Shown one piece after another: positions 58,628 to 64,000 of a DNA stretch of 64,000 nucleotides. Made by a program: the position numbers and the translations under genes. Below the pieces are notes generated by a model. The model did not search any database and was not told where the DNA came from. It saw only the letters and a program-made list of their open reading frames with translations. The DNA is from Podarcis melisellensis (lineage: Eukaryota), in NCBI GenBank assembly GCA_964234715.1, contig OZ174278.1, one strand, 5' to 3'. How positions within the stretch are numbered: position 1 is the stretch's first letter; every line of letters starts with the position of its first letter.

Positions 58628-59112
58628 TTTATTGCATTCATATCCCACCTTTTTCTCCAAGGAGCTCGAGGTAGCAGATGTGCTTCTTTTTCCGCTCAAT
58701 TAATCCCCCCAACAACCCTGGAGGTAGGTTAGGCAGGGCTTGCCGATCAGAAGGTTGGCGGTTTGAATCCCTGTGACGAGGTGAGCTCCCGTTGCTCGGT
58801 CCCAGCTCCTGCCCACCTAGCAGTTCGAAAGCATGTCAAAGTGCAAGTAGATAAATAAGTACCACTCCGGCGGGAAGATAAACGGCGTTTCTGTGTGCTG
58901 CTCTGGTTTCACCAGAAGCGGCTTAAGTCATGCTGGCCACATGGCCCGGAAGCTATCTGAGGACAAATGCCAGCTCCCTCAGCCTATAGAGTGAGATGAG
59001 TGCCTTTTTAGTCTAAGATCACCTAGTGAGCTTCATGACCAAAGGAGGCAGGACACTGAACCCTGGTCTCCCTGGTCCTCATCCAAAGTACCATCATTAT
59101 ACCACACCGGCT
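58628..59112 (-). mobile_element. Old Squam3-like SINE interrupted by a Sauria SINE
   Basis: tcccacc..ttctccaaggagctc...aacaaccctg..aggtaggttaggc [insert] aagatcacctagtgagcttcatg...gaaccctggtctcc...taccacaccggct. Confidence 0.65.
58734..59003 (+). mobile_element. Sauria SINE, truncated at both ends
   Basis: High similarity to 61291-61637 (agggcttgccgatcagaaggttggcggtttgaat...gtgagatgag). Confidence 0.9.
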
Positions 59113-59606
59113 GTCCAGTAATTATAGTCCTTTGTCTTTTTCAGTATTGTCTTTTATCTTATGAGCTGTTCAAAGAACACATTCTCTTATACAAAAGTAG
59201 TTTGTATATTGTATATAAAGCAATGTTAAACAATGATTAATTGACATTTAGGCCTAATTTGAACATGGTGTGAGTCAGGTAAAAGAAGGTTGCCAGTGTC
59301 GTCATTCCATTTAAACCAAGACACATTGCTCAGGTTCAGAGTATTAGCATTCAAAGGATTCTGCATTGCAGGGAGTTGGACCAGTTGACCCTTGGGGTCC
59401 CTTCCAGTTCTACAATTCTAGGATTCAATGACTCATAGCCCAGGAAAGTGCACTGCTGTTGTCCTGCTGTTATTTACATGAATAGTGGGGAAAGACTTGA
59501 TTTTACATTTGAAGCCATTCCACTGTGTGGGTACGTTTTAACTGGGCTATTTAAAATAGCCCAAGAACTGCCACAACAACATACCCATGGTTGCAATGTG
59601 CTAGCC

Positions 59607-59733
59607 CAGGGGTTGCTAAGATGGTGTCTTCCAGACGTTGTGGACTCCAACTCCCATCAGCCCCAGACAGCATGGCCAACGCTCATGGATGAGGGGAGTT
59701 CTGGTCCAGCAATGTGAGGGCACAGTCTTGGCA
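59607..59733. mobile_element. Old palindromic hAT-type MITE
   Basis: ccagacgttgtggactccaactcccatcag...gatgaggggagttctggtccagcaa. Confidence 0.65.
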
Positions 59734-61290
59734 AAAGAAAAAAGCAAGCTGTCACTTCAAACCAATGAGATGGATAAATTCAGGATGGCTTCAATTCCCA
59801 ATATCAAATCTTAGCTGTAAAAGTAAGTAGTAATTATTTCAGTTAAAAAAAAAAAAACTTCCATGGGATGCTGAATATGAACACATTAAAGCAGCAACTG
59901 CATAGTGAGAAGGGACAACTATGAGTACAATGTTCAATGGATTCAAGCAGCATATTAAGGGAAGCTGCGATAACTGGAGCTTAAAGAATTAGTGCTTTTC
60001 CAATCCATGAATCAAATTCATTATTCATTACCGTTGATGCCCAAGAGCCTAGCCTTCAAATATTTTGCTTCAGCCACCTCCATTAAAACTGAAATGCATG
60101 CATATTTGTCACTGTTTTAATCCCCGTATTGCATAATATGAGCAAGATACAACCCCGAATATAGAAATGTCAGCACTGTGGGGAGTGCTATCTGGGAAAT
60201 CTAAACTGTACCAACATAATAATCTGGCTTTCCACCCCAAATCTGAACTTTAGCTCTTTGCATTGTGAAGTTTTTTTCAAATTCCAAGTTCCAAAAGAAA
60301 AGCTGCTCTCTTATTTTCCAGCTTGGGGAAAAAAGAAAAGGAAAAGTCCTGATAAGACACACTATAGTTTGTCCTGTCACCTATGGGTAGAGTGGGTGAG
60401 TAAAAGCTATGCCACCCTACAAAACGCAACCCCTGTGTAAGTTGCAGGTTTAATGTATTGTTTTGGAAGGTGTGAACCGGGAAGATTCACATTTAAATCT
60501 GAGCTGAACAGAATTTATACTCCTTCCCTAGTTAAAAGCCTGGCCAGGGAGCTGCATACATCCCTGTTTAATACCAGCACCTGCACTAAGCAATCAAGGT
60601 TCGACAGGCAACAGACCCAGCCACCAGTGCAAATGCAGAGCCAGGATTACATCTGTACCCAGCTGGCCTATATCAAAGTCCAAAACGAAGATCACAGCCA
60701 ATAGGGTTGTTTAAAGTCAAAGCACATAGTTATTTACTAATCACATGAAAGCTTATTTTGTAAGTTAATCAAGGCTATAGGCCCCAACCCAACACAGAAG
60801 TAATTGGTATAACGTGCATTTAACTCTGTTGAATTGTGGCCCCTGGAGAGTTCAGAGAAAAGCACAGGTTCACAGTGGCGAATCAGCTCGAAGAAGGAGA
60901 ACTGAGTGAATCATCAAAATAGTTTTGGCTTTATTTTTGAGTGTAGATTTAAATTTATTTTGAAAGCCCTTACATTTAACACATGCACATAAGGAAGGAA
61001 CATAATTATGTACACACAATTCTACATGTTCACATCACAAACAAATTTAAGTCAAGATACAATGGAAATTTTCTATATGCTGACAGTGACACACATTGAA
61101 CCGTTGTGTAACTGGTTTTGTAAACCATGGAGAGGTTTTATTACAATCAAACGGTAAATAAACAGATAAATAAACACAAATTAAGATTTCTATTTTTTAA
61201 TTTATAAAATGGGAGTGACTTTAAACCTATAAAAAAGATAGATCAGAACATCCTAGCACCTCTTAAATTAAGTATCTATATGGGGGTGAC

Positions 61291-61637
61291 GCGGGTGGCA
61301 CTGTGGTCTAAACCACAGAGCCAGGGCTTGCCGATCAGAAGGTTGGCGGTTTGAATTCCCAGGGTGAGCTCCTGTTGCTCGTTCCTTGCTCCTGCCAACC
61401 TAGCAGTTTGAAAGCACATCAAAGTGCAAGTAGATAAATAGGTACTGCTCTGGTGGGAAGGTAAACGCCATTTCTGTGCGCTGCTCTGGTTCCCCAGAAG
61501 CGGCTTAGTCATGCTGGCCACATGACAAGGAAGCTGTCTGCGGACAGCTGTCTACTCCCTCGGCCAGTAAAGTGAGATGAGCGTCGCAACCCCAGAGTCG
61601 TCCGTGACTGGACTTAACGGTCAGGGGTCCCTTTACC
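61291..61637 (+). mobile_element. Full-length Sauria SINE with TSD
   Basis: gacgcgggtggcactgtggtctaaacc...ggtcaggggtccctttacc; 12-bp TSD TATGGGGGTGAC at 61279 and 61638. Confidence 0.93.
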
Positions 61638-62448
61638 TATGGGGGTGACTGAGCTGTATGATAAGCAGTGTCAAATTATCAGTCACAGTCCAGGTGTTTA
61701 TTGCCTGCAGCTGGAAGAAACCCATGGCCCCATCTGAGCTGGACATGTTGCATAGCATCTGGGATACTATCATGTTGAAATGAACATGCTAGATTCAAAC
61801 CTGAGAGGAGAGGATGATGCAGATTAAATCTGGTTAACATTTTCAGCCTTCCAGGACACACTTCATCCACATGCACTGATTTGTGTCATTTTGTATATAT
61901 GGTGAAATACATGGTTTGTTTGCTGCTGTTATTAATGCTTAAAAATCATCATAATTTAGGGGAAGCAACAAAGATTTGATATTGCAAATGCTAGGACCTC
62001 CCCTCCGAGGTATGTCTTGTGCCATCACTGTATGTTTTGTCAACAACAGACGCCCCTTTTTTATCCAGATCTTTTGTTGCGTAGACGCCTTCTCTCCTCC
62101 TGGCTTTGCTGTTCAACGCAGCTGTTTTGTTGCTTTGTCGCTACTTGCCTTCTAGTTTTATTTTACTATTTTAATGTATATTGTAATTGTGTTAATAATG
62201 AAATTTTTGCTACCTGCTCTCAAACCATTCACAAACAACAAATAAATAAATAATGCTCAGCAGGGACAGGGAGAGAGACGGCTCAGCAGTTTCCTTTGAA
62301 TAACAACAGCAACAAACCAAAACTCTTGGGAACATGTAGTTTAACCTTACTCTAAGGACTTGTGATTGGCTCATCCATTAAGACCTGTGTTAAGTCTAAT
62401 TAAGTATGCTAGCATCAGCAAAGCTTGACACTGGGTGCAATAAGAAAC

Positions 62449-62475
62449 GTGTGTGTGTGTGTGTGTGTGTGTGTA
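62449..62475. repeat. (TG)n microsatellite
   Basis: Direct inspection. Confidence 0.9.
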
Positions 62476-62679
62476 TAAATTCCTCCTTTTTTTGCATAGG
62501 CTAGTCTGTACTTTCATGAGAGCTTCACAAAAATCAAGTCAACGCCTTTCCCTCTCACCACCAACTCCTCCCACCCCTGGAGCTGAAACAGGAAATATAA
62601 TGCAACATGGGATCATGGATATGTGGATATTAATTTCATCTCAAAATTGGGCTCTTGGGTTCTATTGGTTGATGCTAAT

Positions 62680-62806
62680 CCAACTTTGGCCCTCCAGATG
62701 TTTTTGGCCCACAACTCCCATGATCCCTAGCTAGCAGGACTAGTGGTCAGGGATGATGGGAATTGTAGCCTTAAAACATCTGGAGGGACAAAGTTGAGGA
62801 CGCCTG
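62680..62806. mobile_element. Palindromic hAT-type MITE in the RS1 3' UTR
   Basis: caactttggccctccagatg...catctggagggacaaagttg. Confidence 0.85.
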
Positions 62807-62993
62807 ATTTAGACTTCAGTTAAAGCTTCCATAGTTGTGGAAGGTGCAAGTCACAGCAAAAGGGATAATGTCTACATTTATAGTACACTGAGATACATGA
62901 GGAACCTACTCATTCTATTCATTGTACTTCTATATCTTGCTAATGCCTCCCATCTCTTTCCCTTGCAATGTCATGTGGTGCTGAAGTTTAGCA

Positions 62994-63146
62994 TCAAGCA
63001 CACTTATTCATGCATACAAGCAGCTCCATCCTGATGGCAATGCGCACATGCCAGCCAAGTGGTATCAAGCGAATGTAGCGCGAGACAATGGGTGGGCGCA
63101 GAAGGTTCTGCACAGAAGATGATCTGTCTGAATTTCCATAGAAAAC
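62994..63146 (-). CDS. RS1: Retinoschisin, last coding exon (exon 6): [50 protein letters not shown]
   Basis: Reverse complement gives tttgtcttctgtag|GTT TTC TAT GGA...TGT GCT TGA; 153 nt as in human; discoidin-domain C-terminus; known synteny with CDKL5. Upstream exons lie beyond the window. Confidence 0.97.
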   Translation of the reverse strand, partial: VFYGNSDRSSSVQNLLRPPIVSRYIRLIPLGWHVRIAIRMELLVCMNKCA

Positions 63147-64000
63147 CTACAGAAGACAAAAAGAAAGGTCGGGGAGTGGGGACACATTTTATTTCACAGA
63201 AGACAGGATCGAGGCCTTAACTTCCTTTAATTCTGCATTCAGTAAGTTGGAAACATATTTAGCGACTTAAATTATTTCGTGTCACTAATTTACCAAGCAA
63301 TACTGCTGCTGGTTTCTGTCACTAGAAGCAAATTACTTGCAATTACATGGTGCATGTTGCCAAATTCTGCTTGGGGAGATAAACCAACCTCTCCACAGCT
63401 AAATTATGTTTATACAATAGTAGGCTTTCCAGGGCGTGTAGTTTCATCCTGGCATGTAGCATGGCTAGTCAAATCCATGAAGAACCCACTAGTATAAATG
63501 AGGAGTAAGTGTCATAAATGTATTGGCTCTACATAGCGTAAAAATGTTTATGACTGAAATGTTTCCGCTTGTAATTCTTGTCAATTTTCTCAATTTAGAA
63601 CAAATGCAGATTTTGCTCCAATGTAATGAGATCAAGGCTAATGCAGATTCTTTTTCTCATCCTTTCCCGTTCAAATTCTTTATTCAAATGTTATCTATTA
63701 ATACAGAATTTTATTCAGATTCTTTTTTCTTTTGGCTATCGGCTATAGGCATGCCATGTCCAAACTTCAGGGAGATTTGGGGTCGACTGGCAATTAGCTC
63801 AGAAGCTCCAGGTTGTGAAAGCTTGTACTCTGATTTCCCCAATTCTGAACTAGAGTGCAGCAAACTGACAATAGATGAGATGCTAAAGAGGTGGTAGAAT
63901 ATGGTATTCAGTGTGGACTTTGCCACCTTGGAAAGCAGCTATAACAAGTAGCAGATTGTATGAGAATCTATCTGCTTAAAAATATCACACTCATTATACA

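Larger units (their letters stand above)
60930..62993 (-). other. RS1: Probable RS1 3' UTR (end uncertain)
   Basis: Minus-strand AATAAA (TTTATT on +) at 60930, 60954 and 61137. Confidence 0.4.

Noticed and set aside
63147-64000. RS1 exon 5
   Set aside because: No sequence encoding ...YKDQTGNNR is present; the exon must lie beyond the window.

Overview
Vertebrate genomic DNA, AT-rich and intron-dominated. The SINE, MITE and LINE complement points to a squamate, most likely a lacertid lizard (inference). The + strand carries essentially the whole coding region of CDKL5, from ATG 2585 to TAA 47590. It has 17 recognisable coding exons including alternative exon 17/'16b', followed by a probable ~6.7 kb 3' UTR ending near 54350. 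The promoter and non-coding exon 1 lie upstream of the window. The - strand carries the last coding exon of RS1 (retinoschisin, 62994-63146), convergent with CDKL5 as in human. Introns hold L1, L2 and CR1 fragments, Sauria- and Squam3-type SINEs, and hAT and Tc1/mariner MITEs. The main observations are: (1) a hairpin-dense ~700 bp element in CDKL5 intron 3 ending in a degenerate type I hammerhead-ribozyme fold; (2) no recognisable equivalent of human exon 13, together with an in-frame 69-nt extension of exon 12; (3) candidate unannotated microexons (21-nt in-frame, and a 33-nt stop-containing one); (4) two uORFs, one overlapping the start codon; (5) an 80-bp MADE1-like hairpin MITE. Exon numbering and comparisons with human rely on recalled human sequence and were not computed. 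Repeat boundaries are approximate unless TIRs or TSDs are given.
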